From NCBI GenBank assembly GCA_965214755.1, contig OZ243979.1, positions 3,669,022 through 3,733,021 on the forward strand: a stretch of DNA of 64,000 bases. The letters are read 5' to 3'. This document shows, in pieces, positions 8,019 to 17,630 of the stretch. The translations under genes were made by a program, and so were the position numbers. Within the stretch, counting starts at the first letter, position 1; every line of letters begins with the position of its first letter. Below the pieces are notes generated by a model. The model was not told the origin of the DNA, did no database searches, and worked only from the letters and a program-made list of their open reading frames with translations. The DNA is from an uncultured Candidatus Binatia bacterium. Lineage in GTDB: Bacteria; Desulfobacterota; Binatia; Bin18.

Positions 8019-9515
8019 GTGTTTTCAAAGATACTCATTGCAAACCGAGGTGAGATCGCCACTCGTATCGCTCGGACCTGTCGCGAAATGGATATTACGA
8101 CAGTGGCCGTGTACTCGGAGGCTGACCGTTCTTCACCCCATCTGTATGCGGCAGACGAGGCTGTGTGCGTGGGGCCGGCCCAGGCAAGCGAGAGCTATCT
8201 CAACGTGGAGTCTATCCTGGCCGTGGCCCGCCGGACCGGAGCCGACGCGGTCCATCCAGGGTATGGCTTTTTATCGGAGAATGCAACATTTGCTCGGGCC
8301 GTGGCTGATGCCGGTCTGACCTTTATCGGTCCTGCTCCAGATGCCCTGTCTGCGGTTGGAAATAAGATTGTTGCGCGCCGGACCGTGGCTCAACTCGGCG
8401 TTCCGGTGATTCCCGCCCTCGAAGACCCGGCGACCGACCCTGAGACTGTACGGGAGCAAGTTGCCGCACTCGGCTACCCCCTCTTGATTAAAGCAGCTGC
8501 GGGTGGGGGCGGTAAAGGAATGCGTATTGTGCGCCAGGAGGCCGAGTTGGTTGACGCCTTGTCCGCGGCGCAACGCGAAGCCGAAGCCGCCTTTGCCGAA
8601 GGCACGGTGTATGTCGAGCGTTTTCTCGAACGTCCACACCATGTGGAAGTCCAGATTCTTGGTGACACCGCCGGCAACATCGTCCATCTTGGCGAACGGG
8701 AGTGCTCCATTCAGCGCCGCTATCAAAAAATAGTCGAAGAGACCCCCTCGCCAGCCGTGTCCGAGTCCTTGCGGCAGGAGATGACGAGGGCCGCGCTGAC
8801 TGTGGCCAGGGCTGCGGGTTATGACAACGCCGGAACCGTAGAGTTCATCCTCGACAACGCCGGGAAATTCTATTTCCTGGAAGTCAACGCCCGTCTCCAA
8901 GTTGAGCATCCGATTACCGAGTGGATTACTGGTCTGGACCTGGTGCACGAACAAATTCGGATTGCCGCCGGAGAAACGCTGGGCTTCCAGCAAGACGACA
9001 TCTACCGTAATGGCCACGCCCTTGAGTGCCGTCTGTATGCGGAAGATGCCGCCCACGGGTTCCTGCCGTCACCCGGACATGTCCTGGCCTGGCATGCGCC
9101 CCAGGGGCCAGGAGTGCGGGTTGACTCCGGGGTCGAGTCGCAGACCGAGGTCCCGATATACTACGATCCCATGATTGCCAAGATTTCGACCTGGGGAGCG
9201 GACCGTGAACAAGCCCGGCGACGCATGGCCGGGGCGCTTCGTCAAACGGCAATTCTGGGACTCACGACCAATCTGCCTTTTTTGATTGAGCTCATGGACC
9301 ACCCTGCCTTTGCCGCCGGCGATACCCACACCGGCTTTCTGCCCGAGCATTTTCCGAACTGGCAGCCTGGCGAGCAGCCGCATACGCTTGCTGCCGCTTT
9401 GGCCGCCAGCCTGCACCGCGGTCCATATCGAAACGCTGATGGACAGACCGCTCTGCCCTCGCAGGACCCCTCGACACCGTGGCGACAGCTTGGCGGCTGG
9501 CGCCTCGGCTCCTGA
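8019..9515 (+). CDS. Biotin carboxylase subunit of an acyl-CoA carboxylase (BC domain + start of BT region)
   Basis: MFSKILIANRGEIATRIARTCREMDI...HPGYGFLSENA...ATP-grasp...EHPITE; 498 aa. Confidence 0.85.
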   Translation: MFSKILIANRGEIATRIARTCREMDITTVAVYSEADRSSPHLYAADEAVCVGPAQASESYLNVESILAVARRTGADAVHPGYGFLSENATFARAVADAGLTFIGPAPDALSAVGNKIVARRTVAQLGVPVIPALEDPATDPETVREQVAALGYPLLIKAAAGGGGKGMRIVRQEAELVDALSAAQREAEAAFAEGTVYVERFLERPHHVEVQILGDTAGNIVHLGERECSIQRRYQKIVEETPSPAVSESLRQEMTRAALTVARAAGYDNAGTVEFILDNAGKFYFLEVNARLQVEHPITEWITGLDLVHEQIRIAAGETLGFQQDDIYRNGHALECRLYAEDAAHGFLPSPGHVLAWHAPQGPGVRVDSGVESQTEVPIYYDPMIAKISTWGADREQARRRMAGALRQTAILGLTTNLPFLIELMDHPAFAAGDTHTGFLPEHFPNWQPGEQPHTLAAALAASLHRGPYRNADGQTALPSQDPSTPWRQLGGWRLGS

Positions 9516-9540
9516 TACCCGAATGATTCTGAAACGACTC

Positions 9541-9594
9541 AAAGAGTAAACGTGTCCTCCACTAGACATGATATGCTGGACACGTTTACTCTTT
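9541..9594. repeat. Palindromic repeat element copy 8, between the BC ORF and the BT/BCCP ORF
   Basis: aaagagtaaacgtgtcctccactagacatgatatgctggacacgtttactcttt. Confidence 0.85.
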
Positions 9595-10121
9595 CTGAAA
9601 TGAAGACCTTCCTCTATGCCGCGGGTGAAGAACTGGTGCTGGAGTATAACCAACACGGCGAGCGCGACGATCTGTACGAGCTTGTCTGGAACGGCCAGAC
9701 TCAGCAACCGGCACACGTGGTCGCTATCCGGGATGGTACGATCACCTTCCTGGTTGATGGTCTCCCTCTTCATGCCTATGTGGTCCGGGATGGTGACCGC
9801 AGCCTGATATCCATCGAGGGGCGGACCTACGAATTCAATCACACTCCACCTCAGCACACCCGAGCCCGTCAGCGGGGGACGAGTGGAAGCTTTGAGCCTG
9901 AGATCCGCTCTCCCATGCCAGGGAAAATTCTCAACGTCAAAGTCGTCGAAGGCGAGGTTGTAGGAGACGGCCAAACCCTCGTGCTCCTCGAAGCGATGAA
10001 AATGGAGAATGCGCTGACTGCCGAGGGGAATGCCCGGGTGGCAACCATCCATGTGGCCGACGGAGACCTTGTCGAGCTTGGTCAGGTTCTGGTCGAGCTT
10101 GAGCCAATCGAAGCAGAGTAA
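9552..10121 (+). CDS. Biotin carboxyl carrier (biotinyl domain) protein with an N-terminal BT-like region; the annotated start lies within repeat copy 8
   Basis: C-terminal EAMKMEN biotinylation motif; the N-terminal ~100 aa resemble the BT-domain hairpins of PCC/MCC alpha subunits; true start may be 9573 or 9601. Confidence 0.65.
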   Translation: MSSTRHDMLDTFTLSEMKTFLYAAGEELVLEYNQHGERDDLYELVWNGQTQQPAHVVAIRDGTITFLVDGLPLHAYVVRDGDRSLISIEGRTYEFNHTPPQHTRARQRGTSGSFEPEIRSPMPGKILNVKVVEGEVVGDGQTLVLLEAMKMENALTAEGNARVATIHVADGDLVELGQVLVELEPIEAE

Positions 10122-10138
10122 GCCCAGTGAACGTACTC

Positions 10139-11053
10139 TCAGTCGAGTTGGGAACCTATCTGAAGCCCGATATGCCGAGCGAGCTCGTCAGCGGCGATCT
10201 TTCCCTGCTCACCGCGAAGCTTTTTGGCGACGACCGTGCCACCGTTCAGGGCAATACTGACCGTCCCACCCCCAAGAGCGACCACTTGGCCTGGGGTTGC
10301 TGATCCGCCAGTCGGCTGCAGGCGACAGTCATACAAACGAATTTTCTGTCCGCGCCATGTTGTTGATGCGCCGGGCTGCGGGTCGCAACCGCGAATATGA
10401 TCAAAGACGGCGTGTGCTGGCTTAGACCAGTCAATGCCAGCATGTTCGTCCCGACACAACGGATCGTAATTGGCCTGGGATTCGTCTTGGACAATGCGCG
10501 GCGGACTGCCGGCTTGAATCAGATCGATCGCTTCGCCAGCGGCCTCAATACCGAGCGGGAAGAGTTTGTTGAAATACAGGGTTCCGGTTGTATCTTCCGG
10601 GCCAATTTCGACTTCTTTTTGAAGCAGTATCGGACCGGTATCAATGCCCTCGTCTACCCAGAACCAGGAGATCCCGGTCTTTTTCTCACCATTGATCAGG
10701 GTCCAGTTAATCGCACTCCCACCACGATACTTGGGTAAGAGTGACGGGTGAAAACAGATACTGCCGAGTTTGGGTGCGTTGAACACTGGAGGCGGAACAA
10801 TTTGGGTCACAAATGCCAATACGGCGAGGTCAGCGTCGAGTTCCTGAAATTTCTCCAGGACCTCAGGGCCCTTCATGGAGCGGTGTTGATACACGGGAAT
10901 GTCGAGTTCCCCTGCCCGCTTTTTGACCGGATCAAACTTTCCTTCGATTCTGTCCGGGGGGCAGAACACCGCCGGGATGTCCTGACCCTTGTCGCGGAGC
11001 TTATCGAGCGTTTTTTCCGCAAACGCGGCTTGACCGATGAGAATGATACGCAT
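10139..11053 (-). CDS. Formyltransferase-family protein (methionyl-tRNA formyltransferase-like)
   Basis: HPSLLPKYRGGSAINW and DTGPILLQ motifs of the formyl-transferase fold plus a C-terminal Fmt-like domain. Confidence 0.55.
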   Translation of the reverse strand: MRIILIGQAAFAEKTLDKLRDKGQDIPAVFCPPDRIEGKFDPVKKRAGELDIPVYQHRSMKGPEVLEKFQELDADLAVLAFVTQIVPPPVFNAPKLGSICFHPSLLPKYRGGSAINWTLINGEKKTGISWFWVDEGIDTGPILLQKEVEIGPEDTTGTLYFNKLFPLGIEAAGEAIDLIQAGSPPRIVQDESQANYDPLCRDEHAGIDWSKPAHAVFDHIRGCDPQPGASTTWRGQKIRLYDCRLQPTGGSATPGQVVALGGGTVSIALNGGTVVAKKLRGEQGKIAADELARHIGLQIGSQLD

Positions 11054-11801
11054 GTGGGTTCTCCTTTCCGTGTGGTGGGAATACGTCCTTCAGCACGTGG
11101 CTCAGCTTTTGGCCCATTGCAGCAATACTCATCCTGTTCAGCAATAAGCGGTTATTGATTTCGATTTCGAGATAGACGAGATGATGACGCTCGCCATGGT
11201 TCCGGGCGCTAAAGATAAGACCATCATAACCGGAGTAGGGCTCGTTATAGCGCACCCGATAGCCGGCGTGGCCCAGCCGTTGCCCGAACTCCTGAGCAAG
11301 GTCTTCGTAGCGGTCGAATAGGATACCTAAATCAAACGACCTTTTCTTCTCACCGAGGACCGGGGTAAAGCTGTGAACGCTGAGCAGAAAAACAGGCAGT
11401 GGCATTTTTTGCGTCAGCACGTGGTCAATAGCCGCATGATAGGGTTGGTAGAATTGCGTAATACGTTGCTGTTGTTCTACCTCGGTCAGATGCCTATTGG
11501 CCGGAACGCGCGTACCATTGCTCTCAGGAAGAATGAGATCATCGTCTGACAGGGCACGGTTGCAGTCAATTAAGAGGCGCGAGTATTGAGATAAAATAGC
11601 TGTGGAATCGACATGTTGGGTGATCTCCTGGACAACCGCCCGCGCACCAATGTCCCAGCCGATATGTCGTCGTAACTCGTCAGGAGGAATCCCGAGCGTC
11701 TCGTATTCAGGCGGGAGCGCGTATGACGCGTGTTCACAGGTCAGCACCACCGGAAAGGTGCCGTTCGGGTTGAGAAGCGTGAAGGGAGGCGCTGTGTGCA
11801 C
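11001..11801 (-). CDS. N-formylglutamate amidohydrolase family protein
   Basis: 266 aa; N-terminal LTCEHASYALP... pattern typical of FGase/HutG-like zinc amidohydrolases; overlaps the downstream formyltransferase by 53 nt. Confidence 0.55.
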   Translation of the reverse strand: MHTAPPFTLLNPNGTFPVVLTCEHASYALPPEYETLGIPPDELRRHIGWDIGARAVVQEITQHVDSTAILSQYSRLLIDCNRALSDDDLILPESNGTRVPANRHLTEVEQQQRITQFYQPYHAAIDHVLTQKMPLPVFLLSVHSFTPVLGEKKRSFDLGILFDRYEDLAQEFGQRLGHAGYRVRYNEPYSGYDGLIFSARNHGERHHLVYLEIEINNRLLLNRMSIAAMGQKLSHVLKDVFPPHGKENPHAYHSHRSSRVCGKNAR

Positions 11802-11863
11802 GTCGAAAATTCCTACAGAACAATTTTATAACTCTGTTGACAATCGAAGAGGGTTTAAATTAG

Positions 11864-11890
11864 AACAGTTTTTCCATTAGAAAACCGTTC
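11864..11890. promoter_or_regulatory. Imperfect palindrome in the divergent promoter region upstream of the iclR-family gene (candidate operator)
   Basis: GAACAGTTTTTccattagAAAACCGTTC. Confidence 0.3.
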
Positions 11891-11913
11891 TTGTTTCTGG
11901 CCAAGGAGATACC

Positions 11914-12693
11914 GTGGTGCGACGAGAGAAAAGCAATTATATTATCCAAGCGGTCGCCCATGCCCTCGACGTTCTTGAGCAATTCCATACTGATGCGGAG
12001 CTCGGTGTGACCGAACTGAGTAAACGACTCACCCTTCACAAAAATAACGTCTTCCGAATCCTAGCAACATTGGAATCACGCGGCTATATCGAACAAAACC
12101 GTTCGACCGAAAACTATCGTCTGGGCACAAAATGTCTGCAGCTCGGGCAGACCTATATCCAACACATGGGGCTGTTGCAACAAGCCAAGCCGGTCCTGTG
12201 TGAGGTCGTCCAAGCCTGTCGTGAGACGGCCTATGTGACCGTGATGCGGCAGGGAAAAGTCGTGCCGGTTGACATGGTTGAACCCGACCAGGCCGTTCGT
12301 ATCGTCTCGCATATTGGAGAGAGCCTGCCGCTGCACTGCACGGCTGCAGGGAAAGTCCATTTAGCCTTTGAGACCAGAGAAGAGGTACAACGTTCCCTGC
12401 TTGATTCGCTCCAGACGCATACCGAGCAAACCATTACCGACCTTACGCTGTTAGAAGCCCAACTCAAAGAGGTGTCACAGAAAGGCTATGCGCTCGAAAA
12501 CGGTGAGCACCTGACCGATGTCCGCGCGGTGGCCGTGCCGATCCGAGATTACACCCGTACGGTCGTCGGAAGCTTAGCGGTCAGCGGCCCTGCCTATCGG
12601 ATTGGGCTCGAACGGCTGGAGCAAGAGTTGGCCCCTTTGACAATCCAGGCGGGGAAAGATCTCTCCAGCCGCCTTGGTCATCCGCTTTCTTGA
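11914..12693 (+). CDS. IclR-family transcriptional regulator (GTG start)
   Basis: N-terminal wHTH (LGVTELSKRLTLHKNNVFRILATLESRGYIEQ) + C-terminal IclR effector domain. Confidence 0.8.
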   Translation: MVRREKSNYIIQAVAHALDVLEQFHTDAELGVTELSKRLTLHKNNVFRILATLESRGYIEQNRSTENYRLGTKCLQLGQTYIQHMGLLQQAKPVLCEVVQACRETAYVTVMRQGKVVPVDMVEPDQAVRIVSHIGESLPLHCTAAGKVHLAFETREEVQRSLLDSLQTHTEQTITDLTLLEAQLKEVSQKGYALENGEHLTDVRAVAVPIRDYTRTVVGSLAVSGPAYRIGLERLEQELAPLTIQAGKDLSSRLGHPLS

Positions 12694-12817
12694 GTGAGAC
12701 AGGTCGGAGGGCGGTCCTGATCGTGCACGCTTGACAGCCAGGGTGTGAAGCGTTGAACTAGGAGCCGTACCTGAAGCGATATAGATCTGCGCAATTTATG
12801 ACAGGAGGAAAACACTG

Positions 12818-13573
12818 GTGAAAGTACTTGTGACGGTCAAACGGGTCCCTGACCCGGAGACAACGATCCGTGTGAAATCTGATGGATCTGGCATTGAGAC
12901 GGATAATATCAAATATGTCATCAACCCGTTTGATGAGATCGCCCTTGAGGAAGCCCTGTGCATCAAAGAAAAGCTGGGCTCCGGTGAGGTGGTGTTAGTC
13001 AGTATTGGAGACCGCGTGGTGACTGAGCAACTCAGGACCGGGCTGGCGATGGGTGCTGATCGGGCCATCTTGGTTGGCTGTGACCAAGACTTGGATTCCT
13101 TGGCCGTCGCCCGGGTTCTGGCCAGAATTGTTGAAGAAGAAAGTCCTCAGCTCGTCCTCATGGGTAAACAGGCGATTGACGACGACGCCAACCAGGCCGG
13201 TCAGATGTTGGCAGCGCTGTTGGGGTGGCCTCAAGCGACCTTTGCCTCTGAAGTCGTGCTGTCCGATGACCAGCAAGCCGTCAAGGTCACGCGCGAAGTG
13301 GACGGTGGCCTGGAAACAATCGGCTTTGCCCTGCCCGGTATTATTACCTCTGATTTGCGGCTCAACGAACCCCGCTACGCCTCACTGCCCGGTATCATGA
13401 AGGCACGCAAAAAAGAGATCAAACAGATTGCCGCGGCCGACCTCGATGTTGATATGAGCCCCCGCTTGACGATCAATAGCCTTGAACCGCCAACCCAGAA
13501 AGAGGCCGGTAAAAAAGTCGAGACCGTGGAGGAGTTGATTGGTCTGCTGCACGATGAGGCGAAAGTGATCTAA
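12818..13573 (+). CDS. etfB: Electron transfer flavoprotein beta subunit
   Basis: MKVLVTVKRVPDPETTIRV... Confidence 0.9.
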   Translation: MKVLVTVKRVPDPETTIRVKSDGSGIETDNIKYVINPFDEIALEEALCIKEKLGSGEVVLVSIGDRVVTEQLRTGLAMGADRAILVGCDQDLDSLAVARVLARIVEEESPQLVLMGKQAIDDDANQAGQMLAALLGWPQATFASEVVLSDDQQAVKVTREVDGGLETIGFALPGIITSDLRLNEPRYASLPGIMKARKKEIKQIAAADLDVDMSPRLTINSLEPPTQKEAGKKVETVEELIGLLHDEAKVI

Positions 13574-13620
13574 CGCGGCTGCGCGGTTGCGCTATGCGAT
13601 GACATCTGGAGACGAGAATA

Positions 13621-14589
13621 ATGGGAAATATACTTGTTTTTGCAGAAACTCAAAAAGGGCGTGTCCCCAAGAGTTCGCTGATTGCCATTCAAGCCGGTAA
13701 AGACGCGGCGAGTAAACTCGGTGGTGACGTACTCGTGGCAGTCTTGGGCTCGGCCACCGCTGCCGCCGCCCAGGAAGCCGCAGGCTACGGGACGGCAAAG
13801 GTATTGGCCGTCGATGATGCGGCATTGGAAAACTATCTCGCAGACGCCTATGCGGCTACGCTCGAACAACTTGTGCAGGCCAATGATGTCACGCTGGTGG
13901 TGGCGACCGCGACGGCGGTGGGCAAAGATCTTTTGCCGCGGGTAGCAGCCCGACTGGGAGTGGGTATGGCCAGCGATGTGGTCAGCTTTCATGACGATGG
14001 GACCTTGCTGCGGCCCATGTATGCCGGCAATACCATGGCAACCGTAACGCTTGCGGACACGGTCAAGGTCGTGTCTGTCCGCAGCACTGCATTTGATGCC
14101 GCTCAGCCAGGAGAGCAGTCCGCAGTCGAGCAGATCAGTGTCAGCCTCGACGCGGACGTAACCAAAATGCAGTTTGTCGAGTTTAATGAAACCAAGTCCG
14201 ACCGGCCCAACCTGACGGAGGCCAGCATTGTGGTGTCTGGCGGGCGTGGGCTGAAGTCGGGTGAGAACTTCACAACCTATCTGGAGCCTTTGGTGAACGA
14301 GCTGAACGCGGCCATGGGGGCCAGTCGGGCGGCGGTTGATGCTGGCTTTGTTCCCAACGATCTGCAAGTTGGGCAGACCGGGAAAGTCGTGGCGCCGGAG
14401 TTGTATATTGCGGTGGGGATTTCCGGCGCGATTCAGCACTTGGCCGGCATGAAGGACTCAAAAGTCATTGTGGCGGTGAATAAAGATCCTGACGCACCGA
14501 TTTTCAACGTGGCTGACTACGGCTTGGTCGCGGACCTGTTCAAGGCCGTGCCCGAGCTGACCGAGGCAGTAAAAAAAGCCAAGGAGTAG
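13621..14589 (+). CDS. etfA: Electron transfer flavoprotein alpha subunit
   Basis: [13 protein letters not shown]...; FAD-binding C-terminal domain ([10 protein letters not shown]). Confidence 0.9.
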   Translation: MGNILVFAETQKGRVPKSSLIAIQAGKDAASKLGGDVLVAVLGSATAAAAQEAAGYGTAKVLAVDDAALENYLADAYAATLEQLVQANDVTLVVATATAVGKDLLPRVAARLGVGMASDVVSFHDDGTLLRPMYAGNTMATVTLADTVKVVSVRSTAFDAAQPGEQSAVEQISVSLDADVTKMQFVEFNETKSDRPNLTEASIVVSGGRGLKSGENFTTYLEPLVNELNAAMGASRAAVDAGFVPNDLQVGQTGKVVAPELYIAVGISGAIQHLAGMKDSKVIVAVNKDPDAPIFNVADYGLVADLFKAVPELTEAVKKAKE

Positions 14590-14725
14590 AAAATCGCGTC
14601 CCGCGAGGACCGCGTAACATAGACCCACCATGTAGGCCGCGGAATTCTCCGTGGCCCCATCTACACATTACATTTTGGGTAGGTCCGTTCAGTGTTCCTC
14701 GTCGTATGAAAGAATTATAGTGATA

Positions 14726-14779
14726 TCATATGATCGAATGATAGTCTTGCACCAGGCTCTGATAGATCATATGGTCGAT
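14726..14779. promoter_or_regulatory. Two direct repeats, each containing a CATATG palindrome, upstream of the MqsR-like gene (candidate TA operator)
   Basis: atcatatgatcga (14726-14738) and atcatatggtcga (14767-14779) in an AT-rich leader. Confidence 0.3.
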
Positions 14780-14808
14780 TCTAATGGAATCTCGCCAAAA
14801 CGTATGGG

Positions 14809-15174
14809 ATGACCGCTCCTGTGAGCATCGACGACTCGATAAGGCGTCAACTCGTTGTCCTCGCACGGCGAAGCAATGCTCGCGTGACCGAGCTCAGCTC
14901 CACCCGTCCGACAGACTGGCGGCCTGGAGAGGTTCGTGACCCGGCTGGAACGCTCTGGCCCTATTTTACCCGTACCTCGGCCTGGGAACTGATTGCGGAC
15001 ATGCTGGAAGGCGGGCACGATGTGGAAACTATTGAACTCCAAAAGCCTCCGGGAGCCAAAGGCTCTGTCATGAAAATCGACCTTGAGCCAAACAAACCAC
15101 TCCTGTACGTCAAGCTCCAATTGGGTTCTGGAAAGATCATTGGACGTAGTTTCCATTATTCGGAGTCGGAATAA
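14809..15174 (+). CDS. MqsR-like toxin (putative mRNA interferase)
   Basis: 121 aa; C-terminal LYVKLQLGSGKIIGRSFHYSE resembles the MqsR beta-strand core (YLKITVIHDVLIVSFKE); toxin-first order as in mqsRA. Confidence 0.45.
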   Translation: MTAPVSIDDSIRRQLVVLARRSNARVTELSSTRPTDWRPGEVRDPAGTLWPYFTRTSAWELIADMLEGGHDVETIELQKPPGAKGSVMKIDLEPNKPLLYVKLQLGSGKIIGRSFHYSESE

Positions 15175-15185
15175 GGAATTTGCGA

Positions 15186-15755
15186 ATGGAATCTCACACC
15201 TCGACAACCCCTATACCTACAGAAAACACAGCCTACGCCTGCCCACAGTGCGGAGAAAAAGGTGCGGTTACGACCTCGCCATACCTCTATACGTTTTGCT
15301 ACGGCTCTGGAGAGCCAACCGTTGATTTGACGGTTGAGTTACCGCTACGCCGATGTAGCTCCTGTGAGTTTGAGTTCTTGGATGATGAAGCCGAGAGACT
15401 TGAGCACGAAGCGATTTGCCAACACCTTGGGGTTCTTTCTCCCACTGAGATAGAAAGAATCAGGAGGAGTCACGACATGACACGTGCCGTCTTCGCGCAG
15501 GCTACAGGGCTTGGAGAGGCAACGCTGAACCGCTGGGAAAACGGTATCAAGATTCAGACGCTTGCGAATGACCGCTATCTCCGACTTCTGGCTGTACCCC
15601 TGAATATGCAGATACTCAAAAGGTTCGGTTCATCCGCACAGACATCGTCATATAGTGCGAATCTTAACGCCGGTAAATTCCAGGCGTTGAGTGAGTCCGA
15701 CCTTGTTCGGCATCGACGAGAACAAACATCTTTTGCCCTGCGATCGGCTGCCTGA
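15186..15755 (+). CDS. MqsA-like antitoxin (N-terminal CxxC..CxxC zinc ribbon + C-terminal XRE HTH)
   Basis: CPQCGEKG...CSSCEFEF zinc ribbon; HTH region LGEATLNRWENGIKIQTLANDRYLRLLAVP parallels MqsA GVNAFSRYEKGNAQPHPSTIKLLRVLDKHP; AAGGAA RBS upstream of ATG 15186 (ORF track begins at TTG 15180). Confidence 0.55.
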   Translation: MESHTSTTPIPTENTAYACPQCGEKGAVTTSPYLYTFCYGSGEPTVDLTVELPLRRCSSCEFEFLDDEAERLEHEAICQHLGVLSPTEIERIRRSHDMTRAVFAQATGLGEATLNRWENGIKIQTLANDRYLRLLAVPLNMQILKRFGSSAQTSSYSANLNAGKFQALSESDLVRHRREQTSFALRSAA

Positions 15756-15767
15756 CGACCTGACGAG

Positions 15768-17630
15768 ATGTACGTTACCACATTCTATTCTTTTAAAGGC
15801 GGCGTTGGGCGCACGATGGCGCTCGTGAACGCAGCCGTCGAACTTGCGAACACTGGCCGCCGAGTACTCGTGGTGGACTTTGACCTTGAAGCGCCCGGCC
15901 TCGACACCTTCGACATATTACACTCCGAAACTCAGGTCCCGGGAATCGTTGACTTCGTTAGCGGATATATAGCCTCTGGCCAAGCACCCGAAGTCGCCCA
16001 TTTTGTCAGCAAATCACCTAGCATCGGTGACAAGGGCGGCGGATTATGGATCATGCCGTCCGGCGCGCATGATAAGAGCTACGCGACGAATTTCAGTCAA
16101 ATCGACTGGGGGGCGCTCTATGAGCAGCATGACGGTTATCTTCTGTTCGAGGATCTCAAGGAGCAGTGGAGGCAGGTTCTCAAGCCCGATTATGTACTGA
16201 TTGATTCGCGCACGGGTCACACAGACAGCGGTGGCATCTGTACTCGGCAGATCCCCGACGCGGTGGCGATATTGTTTTTTCCGAATGAGCAGAATTTGCG
16301 GGGCTTGACCAAGGTCGTTCGTGACATTCGCGCGGAAGCAGAGGGACCACGCAAAAAGGAGATTGAACTCCACTTCGTGATGTCCAACGTGCCGGACTTG
16401 GACGACGAAGACCGGATTCTGGAGAGAAAAATTAAAGCGTTCCAAGACCAGCTTGGATTCAAGCGCGAACCGATGGTCGTACACAGATACGCCAGTATGT
16501 CATTGCTAAATCAAGTAGTGTTTACGAAGGACCGCCCGAGAAGTCGGCTCGCGCAGGAGTACCGTGACATCGTTCAAGAGATTGTCAGCCGCAATTTAGC
16601 AGACCGGGAGGGAGCGCTGGACTACATCCGACGGGCGAGCAGACGTTGGCGCCGTCGACCGATTGAGGAAGAATCTTCACACAGTACAAACAAGAAACTC
16701 CAGCAGATTGAGGATGTACATTCGGGCGATGGTGAGGTGTTGTTCAACCTTGGGGTACTTTGGAAGGATAACAGGCAGTTGGAACAGGCAGGGTTGTTAT
16801 TCGACCATGCGATTGAGGTGGGATACGACGAACCTGAGGCGTATCTAGAACGGGCTCGTCTTCGCGCCGAAAACAATGATCCGGACGGTGCGGGCAAGGA
16901 CGCATTAAAGGTTCTGCAGTCTGACAGATTACCCCCTTATATTGTCAGAGCGGCGATGGCGTTGATACGTGGTAATTCCGAAGATGTTATGGAGTCCCGG
17001 GCGCTGATGTCTTTGGAGACGGATGAACGTCTCTGGCTTGCGGATGAACTAGAGGGGTCGCCAGAAGAGATCAAAGCTACCATATCTATCTTACAGCCGC
17101 TTCTCGGCGACAATACTCTATCCGACGAAGACCGTCGTTCAGTAAGAGGTCAATTGGCGCTTGCGTATATTGGAAGCGGAGAATTTGCCCGGGCGACAGA
17201 ACTTCTCAGTTATGGAGGACGGCGCGTTGGTGATATGGAAATCCAAGACGCGTTCAACTATGGCATGGCGGTATGGGGGGCTACCTGCCATGTTGTTTCG
17301 GAGCCGTTTGCACGGGCAGTTGAACTTGATCGGGCAAATCAGGGCCCACCCGACAATAATCCGAATTACTTTCAGTGTATGGCGGTTGCCTATTGGGCCT
17401 ACGGCGATGTGGAGACCGCGCTAGAATTCATGCAAAAAGCGCGAGCGACACTAGACAAGATACGTCGTCCAGTGTTCAGCTGCTGGCGATATTACAGAGT
17501 GGGGGCAAAGGCATTTATAGACGACCTTGATGAGATCGTTGAATTGATTAGTGGTGATGCCTCACGAATCCCCCGCTTCATGGATGCTGCGGCTGAACCG
17601 GAGAAGACGGGACCTGCTGAATCCGATTAG
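15768..17630 (+). CDS. ParA/MinD-like P-loop NTPase (deviant Walker A FKGGVGRT) fused to C-terminal TPR-like repeats
   Basis: 620 aa; N-terminal ~260 aa align with MinD/ParA (FKGGVGRT; VVDFDLEAPGLD; YVLIDSRTG); C-terminal ~330 aa alpha-helical TPR-like; starts 13 nt after the MqsA-like stop. Confidence 0.6.
   Translation: MYVTTFYSFKGGVGRTMALVNAAVELANTGRRVLVVDFDLEAPGLDTFDILHSETQVPGIVDFVSGYIASGQAPEVAHFVSKSPSIGDKGGGLWIMPSGAHDKSYATNFSQIDWGALYEQHDGYLLFEDLKEQWRQVLKPDYVLIDSRTGHTDSGGICTRQIPDAVAILFFPNEQNLRGLTKVVRDIRAEAEGPRKKEIELHFVMSNVPDLDDEDRILERKIKAFQDQLGFKREPMVVHRYASMSLLNQVVFTKDRPRSRLAQEYRDIVQEIVSRNLADREGALDYIRRASRRWRRRPIEEESSHSTNKKLQQIEDVHSGDGEVLFNLGVLWKDNRQLEQAGLLFDHAIEVGYDEPEAYLERARLRAENNDPDGAGKDALKVLQSDRLPPYIVRAAMALIRGNSEDVMESRALMSLETDERLWLADELEGSPEEIKATISILQPLLGDNTLSDEDRRSVRGQLALAYIGSGEFARATELLSYGGRRVGDMEIQDAFNYGMAVWGATCHVVSEPFARAVELDRANQGPPDNNPNYFQCMAVAYWAYGDVETALEFMQKARATLDKIRRPVFSCWRYYRVGAKAFIDDLDEIVELISGDASRIPRFMDAAAEPEKTGPAESD

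Noticed and set aside
8271-9056. 261-aa minus-strand ORF inside the biotin carboxylase gene
   Set aside because: Antisense overlap with a highly conserved CDS; translation is low-complexity R/G/P-rich.
9069-10052. 327-aa minus-strand ORF spanning the BC/BCCP junction
   Set aside because: Antisense to two well-supported genes and to repeat copy 8; no protein-like motifs.
13570-14439. 289-aa minus-strand ORF opposite etfA
   Set aside because: Shadow ORF of etfA; Arg/His-rich translation typical of antisense high-GC frames.
14590-14660. Imperfect GC-rich hairpins after etfA as a rho-independent terminator
   Set aside because: Stems are short/imperfect and not followed by a T-tract.
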